Source of the DNA: Pseudomonadota bacterium
Lineage (GTDB): Bacteria; Desulfobacterota; Desulfobulbia; Desulfobulbales; Desulfobulbaceae
DNA length: 32,979 nucleotides
Direction of reading: 5' to 3'
Assembly: GCA_009778235.1 (NCBI GenBank)
Contig: WRKE01000314.1
Location: forward strand, 1 to 32,979
This document shows, in pieces, positions 9,581 to 18,092 of this stretch. The position numbers and the translations under genes were made by a program. The notes under the pieces are model-generated. The model made no database searches and had not been told where the DNA came from. It worked only from the letters and a program-made list of their open reading frames with translations. Within the stretch, counting starts at the first letter, position 1, and the number at the start of each line of letters is the position of its first letter.

Positions 9581-10861
9581 TTAATGAACCTCCCCCGATT
9601 TCAGGACGCTGAGATTGGCGAAAAAGCAATAGAAGACCCACACCGCAAAGACGATGATAATGACGAAAAAGCCCACATTGCCGATCATGTCGATTACACT
9701 TATAATATCCTTAGACAAACTGATATAGCCCATCCTCACCAGCTTATCCGGCAGGGCGCAGATCCGGTTGAGGAAACCGGCGGTGACCGTCACCGCGTAG
9801 AAGCCGCGGATGGTGGTGCCGGGGACGACCTTGGTGACGATCGAGCCAATCTGAATACCGATCAGCGAGCCGAGCAGCATACCCATGGCCAGAGTATAGA
9901 AGATAAAGCCATAGATGGCATACTGGGTGATGGAGCCATAACCGGCGGTGAACACGATCTGGAAAATGTCGGTGCCGACGGTGGTCATGGAGGAGACGCC
10001 CAGACCATAGACGAACATCGGGAAGGTGAGGAAACCGCCGCCCACGCCCATAATCGCCGCGGCCAGGCCAACGATGAAACCGCTGATTACCAGGAAGATG
10101 GAGGATATCCGGCGGCCACCCGGGGTGATCGATTCGTCGAAGGTCAGCATCGGAGGGATGTTGACGGACTGCAGCCGCTTGCCTATGGCCGGGATTTCCT
10201 CGGCAATCCTGGTTGCACCGTCCTCGACCACTACCTTTTTGGAACGGGCCTTGATGTAGTCGGCCGTAGCGTAGAAGGCGAGGAAACCGAGGATGACGAC
10301 GTAGATCACGGTGATGAACGTGTCGCTCAACACCGGGTTGGCATCATAGATCTTGCGGTTGAGCCAGCCACCGGTGGTCGAGCCGACGATGGCGCCGATC
10401 AGGAAGGTGACGGCCAGTGACACCGAGATGTTGCCCAGCTTGCGGTGCAAAACCGAACCCATGATCGCCTTGGCGAAGATGTGGAACAGGTCGGTACCGA
10501 CCGCAAGGATACCCTTGACGCCAGCACTCATCAGGGCCGGAGCGATGATGAAGCCGCCGCCGGCGCCGATACAGCCGGTGATCAGACCGGCGCACACGCC
10601 GACCAGCACCGAGGCGCCGAAGATGAGGTTGGTGTAATGTGAGGGCCCGTAGGCCTGTTTAGCGCCGATAAAACCTGGAAGGGCTTGGCCGACGGCATCG
10701 GCAAAGGCATAGCCGCCGAGGAAGACGGGAATCAGCAGCAATCCTAGGATCAGAAGCCGTTTTCGGCTCCTTAAAATGTTGCTGGACATTTCCAATTCCC
10801 ATCGGGCATGGGCCCTGGCCCCGACCATCATGAATTGGTTCAGATCGCTAAAAAACCTCAT
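9581..10861 (-). CDS. Sulfite exporter TauE/SafE (TSUP/DUF81) family membrane protein
   Basis: Two internal repeats with G-x-x-G-x-GGG-F..P motifs (GCIGAGGGFIIAP; AIMGVGGGFLTFP), each followed by VGTD; many TM segments; GGAG RBS. Confidence 0.88.
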   Translation of the reverse strand: MRFFSDLNQFMMVGARAHARWELEMSSNILRSRKRLLILGLLLIPVFLGGYAFADAVGQALPGFIGAKQAYGPSHYTNLIFGASVLVGVCAGLITGCIGAGGGFIIAPALMSAGVKGILAVGTDLFHIFAKAIMGSVLHRKLGNISVSLAVTFLIGAIVGSTTGGWLNRKIYDANPVLSDTFITVIYVVILGFLAFYATADYIKARSKKVVVEDGATRIAEEIPAIGKRLQSVNIPPMLTFDESITPGGRRISSIFLVISGFIVGLAAAIMGVGGGFLTFPMFVYGLGVSSMTTVGTDIFQIVFTAGYGSITQYAIYGFIFYTLAMGMLLGSLIGIQIGSIVTKVVPGTTIRGFYAVTVTAGFLNRICALPDKLVRMGYISLSKDIISVIDMIGNVGFFVIIIVFAVWVFYCFFANLSVLKSGEVH

Positions 10862-10921
10862 TTTGCTCTCCTTTTGTTGTCGATGAAACGGTTTTTTGGT
10901 TTATGCGATGGCCGCCGCCAG

Positions 10922-11350
10922 TCAGGACGAGCGTGCCGCATCCTCATCACTCTGAGCCCTTTCTATCTTTTCCTGTTGGGTCCGCTTACGTTCATGGGCC
11001 GCATTCAGCTTGTCGAACAGCGGATCCAGATCCATGGGTTTCATCAGGTAATCAAAGGCGCCATATTTGATGCCGTTGATGCCGGACTCCACCGAGGCGT
11101 GGCCGGTGAGCATGATGACCTCGGTCATGGGGGCGATCCGCTTGAGTTCCCGGAGCGTGTCGATGCCGTCGCGGCCGGGCATCTTGACATCCAACAGGAC
11201 AACATCGTAGCTTCTCTCATTGATCATGTCCAAGGCGGTATCGCCGTCAGGGGCACAAGCGCACTCCAGATCACGCTTGCTCAACCGTTTGGCGGTCATG
11301 TTCCGGAACTCTTCCTCATCGTCAACGATCAGTACACTATACAAGGCCAT
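10922..11350 (-). CDS. Single-domain response regulator (receiver)
   Basis: VLIVDDEEEF, VVLLDVKMPGRDG, MLTGHAS, AFDYLMKP; ATG at 11350 (MALYSV). Confidence 0.92.
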   Translation of the reverse strand: MALYSVLIVDDEEEFRNMTAKRLSKRDLECACAPDGDTALDMINERSYDVVLLDVKMPGRDGIDTLRELKRIAPMTEVIMLTGHASVESGINGIKYGAFDYLMKPMDLDPLFDKLNAAHERKRTQQEKIERAQSDEDAARSS

Positions 11351-11632
11351 GGTGTTTTCTCGATACAAGTCAACTGTTTGATGCAAACGATTCGCGTTGG
11401 TCGCGGCGGATTTTCGGGGGCCGCCCAACCGGTTGAACTGGCTGGCGCCGGGGAAAAGGAACCTCTGCCGGCCATGGCTGGATTCGACTCAGCCGCAAGC
11501 ATCAAACACTACCACATATAAACAAAAGCAGACACAAAATCCCAACACATAATCTCGACAACTGGGTTGGATCGGTGTCATTCTGGCCGCGTACTTGTTG
11601 GTCACCGGTGCGTGCATGGGGCCTGGCGCTTG

Positions 11633-12187
11633 CTACTCTCTCAAGAATTGTTTGAGTTCCACTATGTTATCGGCAACAAAGGTGTAGACCGGAGGGACGC
11701 CGTTGGTCAGATTCCGGAGTTGCCGCGCCGGCTTCCCGTCACCGGCATTATCTTGCAACAACACGATCTTGTCCGGGTGAAAGGTGATGATCTTGAGTTC
11801 GATGTTGCGGTCAAACCGGACAAAGTCAAAAATATATGCCGTTTCTTTCCGCAGCGCGTACAGGGCCCAGATGATCTCGATGGTCACCTTGTGCGGAATG
11901 GATTCGTCGGTGAGGACAAAGAGAATCTTCTTGCTGTTGCCCTGCAGCAGCCGGTCGGGGATAGGAATGTTGTGGCGGACAAGGTGCTGGACCAGATCAT
12001 GGGAGTGAATCAGCCTCCTGCCTTTGGCTTCGATGATTGGCACGGCCCCTTTGTCGATCCATTTGCCGAACCGTTCCTCGGAAACGGAACAAATGATCGC
12101 GGCCTGCTTGAGATCAAGGTATTCGTGGTCCGTGGGGAGGTGTTGCTGTTGTCCGTTGGTCATGTTTTTTCCTGCCGGGGCCAGCAT
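11633..12187 (-). CDS. Excisionase/HTH_17-like DNA-binding domain fused to a degenerate receiver-like domain
   Basis: YLDLKQAAIICSVSEERFGKWIDKG...GRRLI...DLVQHL..NIPIP, then KKILFV...FHPDKIVLL. Start is 12187 or 12163. Confidence 0.7.
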   Translation of the reverse strand: MLAPAGKNMTNGQQQHLPTDHEYLDLKQAAIICSVSEERFGKWIDKGAVPIIEAKGRRLIHSHDLVQHLVRHNIPIPDRLLQGNSKKILFVLTDESIPHKVTIEIIWALYALRKETAYIFDFVRFDRNIELKIITFHPDKIVLLQDNAGDGKPARQLRNLTNGVPPVYTFVADNIVELKQFLRE

Positions 12188-12214
12188 GATGCGCTCCGTT
12201 GATGCGGTGACCGA

Positions 12215-12230
12215 TGCAGAACCGGGGCCA
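12215..12230 (-). promoter_or_regulatory. Candidate sigma54 (-24/-12) promoter
   Basis: Minus strand TGGCCCCGGTTCTGCA = GG-N10-GC, just upstream of the first gene of the cluster. Confidence 0.6.
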
Positions 12231-12270
12231 GATGGACGGATGGCCTGAAATAATCATTTTTTATTTCATA

Positions 12271-12283
12271 TATCAAATTGTTA
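12271..12283. promoter_or_regulatory. Candidate IHF binding site
   Basis: TATCAAATTGTTA fits WATCAANNNNTTR exactly; it lies in an AT-rich tract ~40 bp upstream of the sigma54 motif. Confidence 0.6.
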
Positions 12284-12761
12284 GATAAAAGGGGGTGTCC
12301 CGCCGATACCATTGTGATTTCGTCATGTGGCGGCGTGAAATGTATAACCATGGTGACACTCGCCGGGACCATGCTGATAATAACCTGAGATAAAATAAAT
12401 TTTTTGCGTGTAGTATTGGTAACAGGGAGGCTGAACAGGCGGGTTTGTGCACAGGGGGTGACAGCTTAACCCATCTTCGCCATCGGGGACAGGTTACCCC
12501 TCTTTTAAGCCGCCATTTGCAGTGATGCCGTCCCACTCCGAGGAGCAAAACGACAACGACCCAATGAATACAGCCGGTTAAATCAAGATTCCCGAGCATG
12601 GACGCTCCGCTGGACTGCTGCGCTCACCATGACCGCCGCCAGGTTTCTCATCGTGGCCTCTTGCGAGGAGCCCATCAACCTCAGCGATCCTCACCCCTTA
12701 TTCCATTTCAAACTCAAAGGTGATATGATATCCGCGCCCATTACGCTCACCATCACAGGTC

Positions 12762-13193
12762 ATGTCCATGAAATTGCGATTTGCCTCTCTTCTCCTCCTG
12801 GCGCTGTTCTTGGTCCCCAACCAGGCCCTGACCCGGGATGACGGGGCCTCCCTCTACGCCCGTACCCTGCTGGAGCAGATCAACCTGTACCGTCGCGACA
12901 ACGGCTTGGGATCGCTTCGGTTTGACGCCCAGTTGGCCCGCCTGGCCCAGTACCACAGCTTTGAAATGTTCCGCCAGAAAATGACGAGCCATCGCAATTT
13001 CGACCAGCGGTTTGAACGCTCGGGCAGCCGGATGTGCGTTGAAAATGTTGGCTGGAATTTCACCAACCCCCTCAAGCAATTCGATGCCTGGCGCCAGTCG
13101 AGCGGCCACGACCAGAACATGCTCAAGCCAGAGCTGACCAAAGCGGGCATTGCCGAAATAGGCAACTATGTCACGTTTTTCGCCTGCAAGTAA
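12762..13193 (+). CDS. Secreted CAP (SCP-like) domain protein
   Basis: Signal peptide; INLYRRDNGLGSL, LAQYHSFEM, ENVG, WRQSSGHDQNML, GIA motifs. Start is 12762 or 12768. Confidence 0.88.
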   Translation: MSMKLRFASLLLLALFLVPNQALTRDDGASLYARTLLEQINLYRRDNGLGSLRFDAQLARLAQYHSFEMFRQKMTSHRNFDQRFERSGSRMCVENVGWNFTNPLKQFDAWRQSSGHDQNMLKPELTKAGIAEIGNYVTFFACK

Positions 13194-13404
13194 ACCGGGA
13201 CATTGGTGCCCGGCAAGGCAACCCGCACCCTAACTTGCCTCTATCTTTTTTGATCCGGATTAGATATAACAGCGTACCGCTGATCCATTCCGGATATCTT
13301 TTGCCATGAGAATCCGGCATGTTATCTTGCTCAATCAAGCGTATGGCAAGATCTGGCCGCCATCGACGGCCAAATGAACAAACCAATTCTTCACCAGGTA
13401 AACC

Positions 13405-13965
13405 ATGGGTCGGATCATTCTTGTCACCGGCGGGGCCAGGAGTGGCAAGAGCAGTTTTGCCGAACAGCTTGCCGCTGGCCTCGGTCAGAATATCGTCTAT
13501 ATTGCCACCGCCAGGGTCCTGGATGACGAGATGGCCGAACGGATTGCCCGGCACCGGCGACAGCGGCCCGCCGCTTGGCAGACCCACGAAACGCCCGATT
13601 TTCCCTCCCGGGTGATTGCCGAGCAAGGACAGCGCTGCGATGCCCTGCTGCTCGATTGCCTCACCGTTCTGACCACCAACCTGATCCTGGCCCAGTCCGT
13701 TGATTGGCGTACCCCTGCCATGGAGAAGCTCAACGAGGTTGAAGCCTTGGTGATGGCTGAAATCGAGGCGATCGTGGCCGCTGCCTCCACCAGCCGGGCG
13801 GATTTGGTCGCGGTGACCAACGAGGTCGGTTGTGGCATTGTGCCGGGGTCGAGCATGGCTCGTTTTTTTCGTGACTGCGCCGGGCGGGTCAACCAACGCA
13901 TGGCCGCCGCCGCCGCTGAGGTCTTTCTGGTGGTTTCCAGCATTCCGGTGCGGATCAAGGGATAA
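13405..13965 (+). CDS. cobU: Bifunctional adenosylcobinamide kinase / adenosylcobinamide-phosphate guanylyltransferase
   Basis: VTGGARSGKSSFAE P-loop, YIATA, EMAERIARHR, LLDCLT, VTNEVGCG, FRDxAGRVNQ. Confidence 0.97.
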   Translation: MGRIILVTGGARSGKSSFAEQLAAGLGQNIVYIATARVLDDEMAERIARHRRQRPAAWQTHETPDFPSRVIAEQGQRCDALLLDCLTVLTTNLILAQSVDWRTPAMEKLNEVEALVMAEIEAIVAAASTSRADLVAVTNEVGCGIVPGSSMARFFRDCAGRVNQRMAAAAAEVFLVVSSIPVRIKG

Positions 13966-13976
13966 AGAGGCACTCC

Positions 13977-14756
13977 ATGCGCCCATTGATCCTCATGATC
14001 CAATTCATGACCCGCTATCCAATCCCAATGGCCATCGATTTCTCCGCCGTCCACTTTGTCAGGGGGATGAAATGGATGCCCCTGGTCGGGCTGTTGGCGG
14101 CCGTGCCCGCTGCCGGGGGGTTGGCCCTGGCCGATGGTCCCCTTGGCCGCGATGTGGCCGCGCTGATCGCCGTGATCCTGCTGATCGGCATCACCGGCGG
14201 CCTGCACCTCGATGGCCTGGCCGATACCGCCGACGGCTTGTTCAGCTACCGTTCGCGCGAACGGATGCTGGAGATCATGCGCGACTCGACCTTGGGCGTC
14301 AACGGGGTGATCGCCGTGGTCCTGGCCATTTTGGCGCGATACATCCTGCTGCGCTCCATTGCTCCGGCAGGTATTGTCCCGGCCCTGCTGATTGCGCCGG
14401 TGTTGAGCCGGATGGCCCTGGTCTGGCATTCGGCCTCGGCCCGCTACGCCCGGGAGGAACGCGGTCTTGGTGATTTTGTCAATCAGACCGGACTAACCCA
14501 GGCCGGGATGGCCACCTTGTTTTCCCTGATTCTGGTCGGCACCATCCTCTTGGTTTGGGGGATACAGCCCGGCATGGTCCCAGGGCTGACCCTGGTCTTC
14601 CACCTGCCGCCCATCGCCCTGGCGACTGGTTTTGCCGCCTATGCCAGCAGGCGGTTGGGCGGGATCACCGGCGACACTATCGGTGCCTCCATCGAGCTCT
14701 CCGAACTGCTCTCTTTATTTGTCGCCCTCCTTGTCTGGCAATATTGGCTTGCATGA
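13977..14756 (+). CDS. cobS: Adenosylcobinamide-GDP ribazoletransferase (cobalamin synthase)
   Basis: FMTRYP, TGGLHLDGLADTADG, LEIMRDS, GGITGDTIGA; polytopic membrane protein. Confidence 0.97.
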   Translation: MRPLILMIQFMTRYPIPMAIDFSAVHFVRGMKWMPLVGLLAAVPAAGGLALADGPLGRDVAALIAVILLIGITGGLHLDGLADTADGLFSYRSRERMLEIMRDSTLGVNGVIAVVLAILARYILLRSIAPAGIVPALLIAPVLSRMALVWHSASARYAREERGLGDFVNQTGLTQAGMATLFSLILVGTILLVWGIQPGMVPGLTLVFHLPPIALATGFAAYASRRLGGITGDTIGASIELSELLSLFVALLVWQYWLA

Positions 14757-15352
14757 ACACCACCAAACTCTATCTCATCCGTCACGGCGAAACCGAAGAG
14801 AACAAAACCGGGGTGCTGGTGGGCAGCACCGACACCCCGCTCAACGACCATGGCCGCCGCCAGTCCCTGGCCCTGCGCGAGCGGATCAACGCCCTTGCAG
14901 TCGATACCATCTTTGCCAGCCCGCTGAGCAGGACGGTTGAAACCGCCTCCCTGGTATTCGGTGACCAGGCCCGGATCATCACCGATTCCAGTCTGCAGGA
15001 GTTTCATTTCGGCGCTTGGGAAGGTATGCATTTCTCGGCCATCGCCCAACAGTATCCGGAGATTTGGCAAACCTGGCTCACCGACTGGGAAAAAACCCTC
15101 ATTCCCGGCGCTGAGGCATTTGGCGCCTTCAAATACCGGGTGATCAACGTGGTTGAAGAAATCGTCCGCGCCAATCTTGGCAAAAAGGTGGCGGTGGTGT
15201 CGCACGGCGGCTGCATTCGGTCGCTGCTCGCCCATTTTTTCTGCGTGTCGGTGGCCAAGGGTTATTGGCAATTCAAGGTCGATAACGCCACCTTAAGTGA
15301 AATCGAGTTCATGGGTGAGTTGCCCATTCTCACCCGTTTCAACTACCGATAG
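14753..15352 (+). CDS. cobC: Alpha-ribazole/adenosylcobalamin-5'-phosphate phosphatase (histidine phosphatase family)
   Basis: LYLIRHGET, SPLSR, EFHFGAWEG, VVSHGG; ATGA overlap with cobS; operon context. Confidence 0.88.
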   Translation: MNTTKLYLIRHGETEENKTGVLVGSTDTPLNDHGRRQSLALRERINALAVDTIFASPLSRTVETASLVFGDQARIITDSSLQEFHFGAWEGMHFSAIAQQYPEIWQTWLTDWEKTLIPGAEAFGAFKYRVINVVEEIVRANLGKKVAVVSHGGCIRSLLAHFFCVSVAKGYWQFKVDNATLSEIEFMGELPILTRFNYR

Positions 15353-15359
15353 GATCCAC

Positions 15360-16454
15360 ATGCAACTGCTTAGCCAAACCTTGGCCGCCATTCAGCCCAT
15401 CGACCGGGTGGCCATGGCCGCCACCCAGCGGGAAATCGACTACTGCCTCAAGCCGCCGGGCAGCCTCGGCAAACTGGAAAGTATTGCCCGGCAGATCGCC
15501 GGCATCACCGGCCAGGTACACAACGCCATCAAACGCAAGGCGATTGTGGTGATGATGGCCGACAACGGCGTCTATGTCGAAGGGGTCGCCATGTATCCCC
15601 AGGATGTCACCAGCATCGGCGCCGATTTCGTCACCTCCGGCCGGATGGGGGTCAACTTTCTGGCCCGCGCCGCCCAGGCCGACATCTTTGCCGTGGATAT
15701 CGGCATCCAGGTCGATGTCGACCTGCCCAAAGTGATCAAGCGCAAAATCCGCCATGGGGCCGCCAATTTCCTTAAAGAGCCCGCCATGAGCCGCGAGGAG
15801 GCGATCCGGGCAATCGAGGTGGGGATCGAGGTCACCAACGATGCCATTGACCAAGGCTACGACCTGATCGGCACCGGCGAGATCGGGATCGGCAACACCA
15901 CCACCAGTGCCGCGGTGCTCTACGCCTTCACCGGCGCCCCCCTCGACCGGGTGGTCGGCCGGGGAGCCGGCCTGACCGACGAGGCCCTGGAACGGAAAAA
16001 AAACGTGATCAAGCAGGCGATGCAACTGCACCGGCCCGATCCGGACGACCCCATCGACGTGCTGGCCAAGGTGGGCGGCCTCGATATCGCCGGCCTCACC
16101 GGCACCTTTCTGGCCTGCGCCGCCCGGCGGGTGCCGGCGGTCACCGACGGCCTGATTTCCAACGTCGCCGCCCTGACCGCCATGCGCCTTTCGCCCGAGG
16201 CGAGGGAATACATGATTCCCTCGCACCTCTCCTCCGAGCCGGGGGCCAAGCTGCTGCGGGAGATCACGGGCCTGGAACCGATGCTCGACATGGACATGCG
16301 CCTGGGCGAAGGCACCGGTTGCGCCCTCATGTTTCCCATCATCGAGGCATCGCTCCGCATGATCGAAGAGATGGGAACTTTTGCCATTCTGGGGAAATCG
16401 CGCGATGAAATTGGGGACCACATCATGGCTTACCGGGGAAAATTTCCTCGATAA
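15360..16454 (+). CDS. cobT: Nicotinate-nucleotide--dimethylbenzimidazole phosphoribosyltransferase
   Basis: KPPGSLGKLE, ADNGV, GEIGIGNTT, GRGAG, VGGLDI, SHLSSEPG, MRLGEGTG. Confidence 0.97.
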   Translation: MQLLSQTLAAIQPIDRVAMAATQREIDYCLKPPGSLGKLESIARQIAGITGQVHNAIKRKAIVVMMADNGVYVEGVAMYPQDVTSIGADFVTSGRMGVNFLARAAQADIFAVDIGIQVDVDLPKVIKRKIRHGAANFLKEPAMSREEAIRAIEVGIEVTNDAIDQGYDLIGTGEIGIGNTTTSAAVLYAFTGAPLDRVVGRGAGLTDEALERKKNVIKQAMQLHRPDPDDPIDVLAKVGGLDIAGLTGTFLACAARRVPAVTDGLISNVAALTAMRLSPEAREYMIPSHLSSEPGAKLLREITGLEPMLDMDMRLGEGTGCALMFPIIEASLRMIEEMGTFAILGKSRDEIGDHIMAYRGKFPR

Positions 16455-16998
16455 CGCCCGGTTGGTGGCAGGCCAGGTGGACTTCGTCGAACTCCTGGTC
16501 TACACCTGGGATACATCAATGCGGGGCAAGGTGGTGTCCTGGCTGGACGGCTTGGCCGGGTTGAACCTGGAATACACCCTGCATCTCCCCACGGACCGGA
16601 CCGAAAATGCGCTGGCCGCCGCTGAATTTTTCCTTGCCTGCGGTTTTCCCCTGCTGAATATGACCCTCCATCCCCTGCCCGGATGGCGGGATGCGAACTG
16701 GCCCGATCAGGTGGCCTTGGAAAACCTGGTCGACCGAGTCGAATTCCATCACCGCTTCACCTTTGACCTCACCCACAGCCTCCTGGGCTGCCCGCTGCCG
16801 CCGCATTTCCATCCCCACATTGTCGAATTGCACCTCTCCGGCACCGACGGTCGCGACGATCACCTCCCCTTGGACAACGCCACCCTGCAAGCGGCCAGAC
16901 CTCTCCTGCGCCAGGACTTGTTGGTTTGTTTCGAGATCTTTGACGTAAACCATGCCCTGGCAGCGGTCGACCGGGTGCGGGCCCTAGCGATCGGCTGA
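16405..16998 (+). CDS. cbiR: Cobamide-remodelling phosphodiesterase CbiR-like (AP endonuclease 2 TIM-barrel superfamily)
   Basis: MKLGTTSW...N...VDFVELL, LHLP, LHP, LENL, FDLTH, LHLSG, DDHLPL, FEIF metal-ligand pattern; last gene of the cobUSCT operon, overlapping cobT by 50 bp. Confidence 0.72.
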   Translation: MKLGTTSWLTGENFLDNARLVAGQVDFVELLVYTWDTSMRGKVVSWLDGLAGLNLEYTLHLPTDRTENALAAAEFFLACGFPLLNMTLHPLPGWRDANWPDQVALENLVDRVEFHHRFTFDLTHSLLGCPLPPHFHPHIVELHLSGTDGRDDHLPLDNATLQAARPLLRQDLLVCFEIFDVNHALAAVDRVRALAIG

Positions 16999-17949
16999 CA
17001 GCTGTTGCAGGATAAAGGCCGGCGCCAACCGGTCGATCAGGCAACTGGTCCGCCAGGGAAAGGGTCCATCGATGAACCCGACATGGCCGCCGTGTTCCTG
17101 GATGGCCAGGCATACCCCGGGCCCGACCTGGTCGGCCGTGGGGACATTGTGAGGATACATGAAGGGGTCGTCGGTGCTGTGGAGGATCAGGGTCGGGGTG
17201 GTGATGGTGGCAAGATACCCCATGGAGCTGCACCTGGCATAATAGTCGTCGGCCCCGGCAAAGCCGTTGAGCGGCGCGGTGATCTGTTCGTCATACTCCT
17301 TGAGGGTATGGATCCGGTCGAGGTCGACCCGCAGCGGCAGGGGGATGAAGCTCTGTTTCCGCTTGAAGGACCGCTTCAGCTGGCTAAGCAGGTAGTGCTG
17401 ATAGAGGCGGGAGCCGGGCTGTTCCAGGCGCCGGCCGGCATCGGCCAGGTCAAAGGGGACAGAGACGGCCATTGCCGCCCGCAAGCAGGAGTCATCGCCG
17501 GTCATGCCCAGATAGCGGAGCAGGAGATTGCCGCCCAGGGAGAAGCCAATGGCCGCCACCACCGGTCGGCCGCTGGCCCGCAACAGCGCCAGCACCTCCG
17601 CCAGATCCTCGACCGCGCCACTGTGGTAAGTGCGGGTCAGCCGATTGGGCTCGCCGCTGCAGCCGCGCAGATGCATGAACACCGGCCTCAGGCCGGAGCG
17701 GAGCAACACCGCCATCAGCGGCAAGGGATAGTGCGAACGCAGATTGCCCTCCAGGCCGGGCAGGATCAGCACCACCGGGCCACTCCCCTCTGTGGCCCAG
17801 GCCAGATCGATGAAATCGGAATCCGCCAGTGTAAGGCGCTCCCATGCCAGCGCCAGGTTGGGCCGCCGGCGGAACAGTTTGGGCCACAGGGTCTGGAGAT
17901 GGTGATTGCGCAACCACCAGGGCGGCTGAAAGGTGAGAGCAGGTACCAT
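16984..17949 (-). CDS. YheT-family alpha/beta hydrolase
   Basis: FQPPWWLRNHHLQT, DFIDLAW, GLEG, RGCSGEPN, GFSLGGN nucleophile elbow, DDPF, GGHVGF; start at 17949. Confidence 0.9.
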   Translation of the reverse strand: MVPALTFQPPWWLRNHHLQTLWPKLFRRRPNLALAWERLTLADSDFIDLAWATEGSGPVVLILPGLEGNLRSHYPLPLMAVLLRSGLRPVFMHLRGCSGEPNRLTRTYHSGAVEDLAEVLALLRASGRPVVAAIGFSLGGNLLLRYLGMTGDDSCLRAAMAVSVPFDLADAGRRLEQPGSRLYQHYLLSQLKRSFKRKQSFIPLPLRVDLDRIHTLKEYDEQITAPLNGFAGADDYYARCSSMGYLATITTPTLILHSTDDPFMYPHNVPTADQVGPGVCLAIQEHGGHVGFIDGPFPWRTSCLIDRLAPAFILQQLSADR

Positions 17950-18092
17950 ATTTTTTTTGTTTTGAGGCTGGGAAAACCCGCCATTGGGGCCAGGAAACCG
18001 GCGCCAGACGCCGTGATCCGCACAAACGGCCTGGATTACCTTCCCATCCTGAAGCGTTTTGGCAACGATCCAAAAAGGAGAGGCGCAAAACA

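Noticed and set aside
11476-11494. TTCGA-containing hairpin resembling a tRNA T-arm
   Set aside because: Loop register is wrong, and there is no acceptor, D or anticodon arm.
11633-12187. Prophage or ICE suggested by the excisionase-like HTH
   Set aside because: No integrase, att site or phage genes; the HTH is fused to a receiver-like domain in a regulatory context.
12335-12348. Rex-like operator GTGAAATGTATAAC
   Set aside because: Three mismatches to the GTGAA-N4-TTCAC-type palindrome I recall; too weak without comparative support.
13194-13404. Cobalamin riboswitch or sigma54 promoter upstream of cobU
   Set aside because: No B12-box recognised. CCGGCATGTTATCTTGC has GG-N11-GC spacing, not the required N10.
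5787-18080. 20-bp near-repeat GGCAACGATC(A/C)AAAAA(C/G)GAG at 5787 and 18061, both just past minus-strand stop codons
   Set aside because: An 18/20 match is roughly expected by chance in 33 kb; only two copies and no structure.
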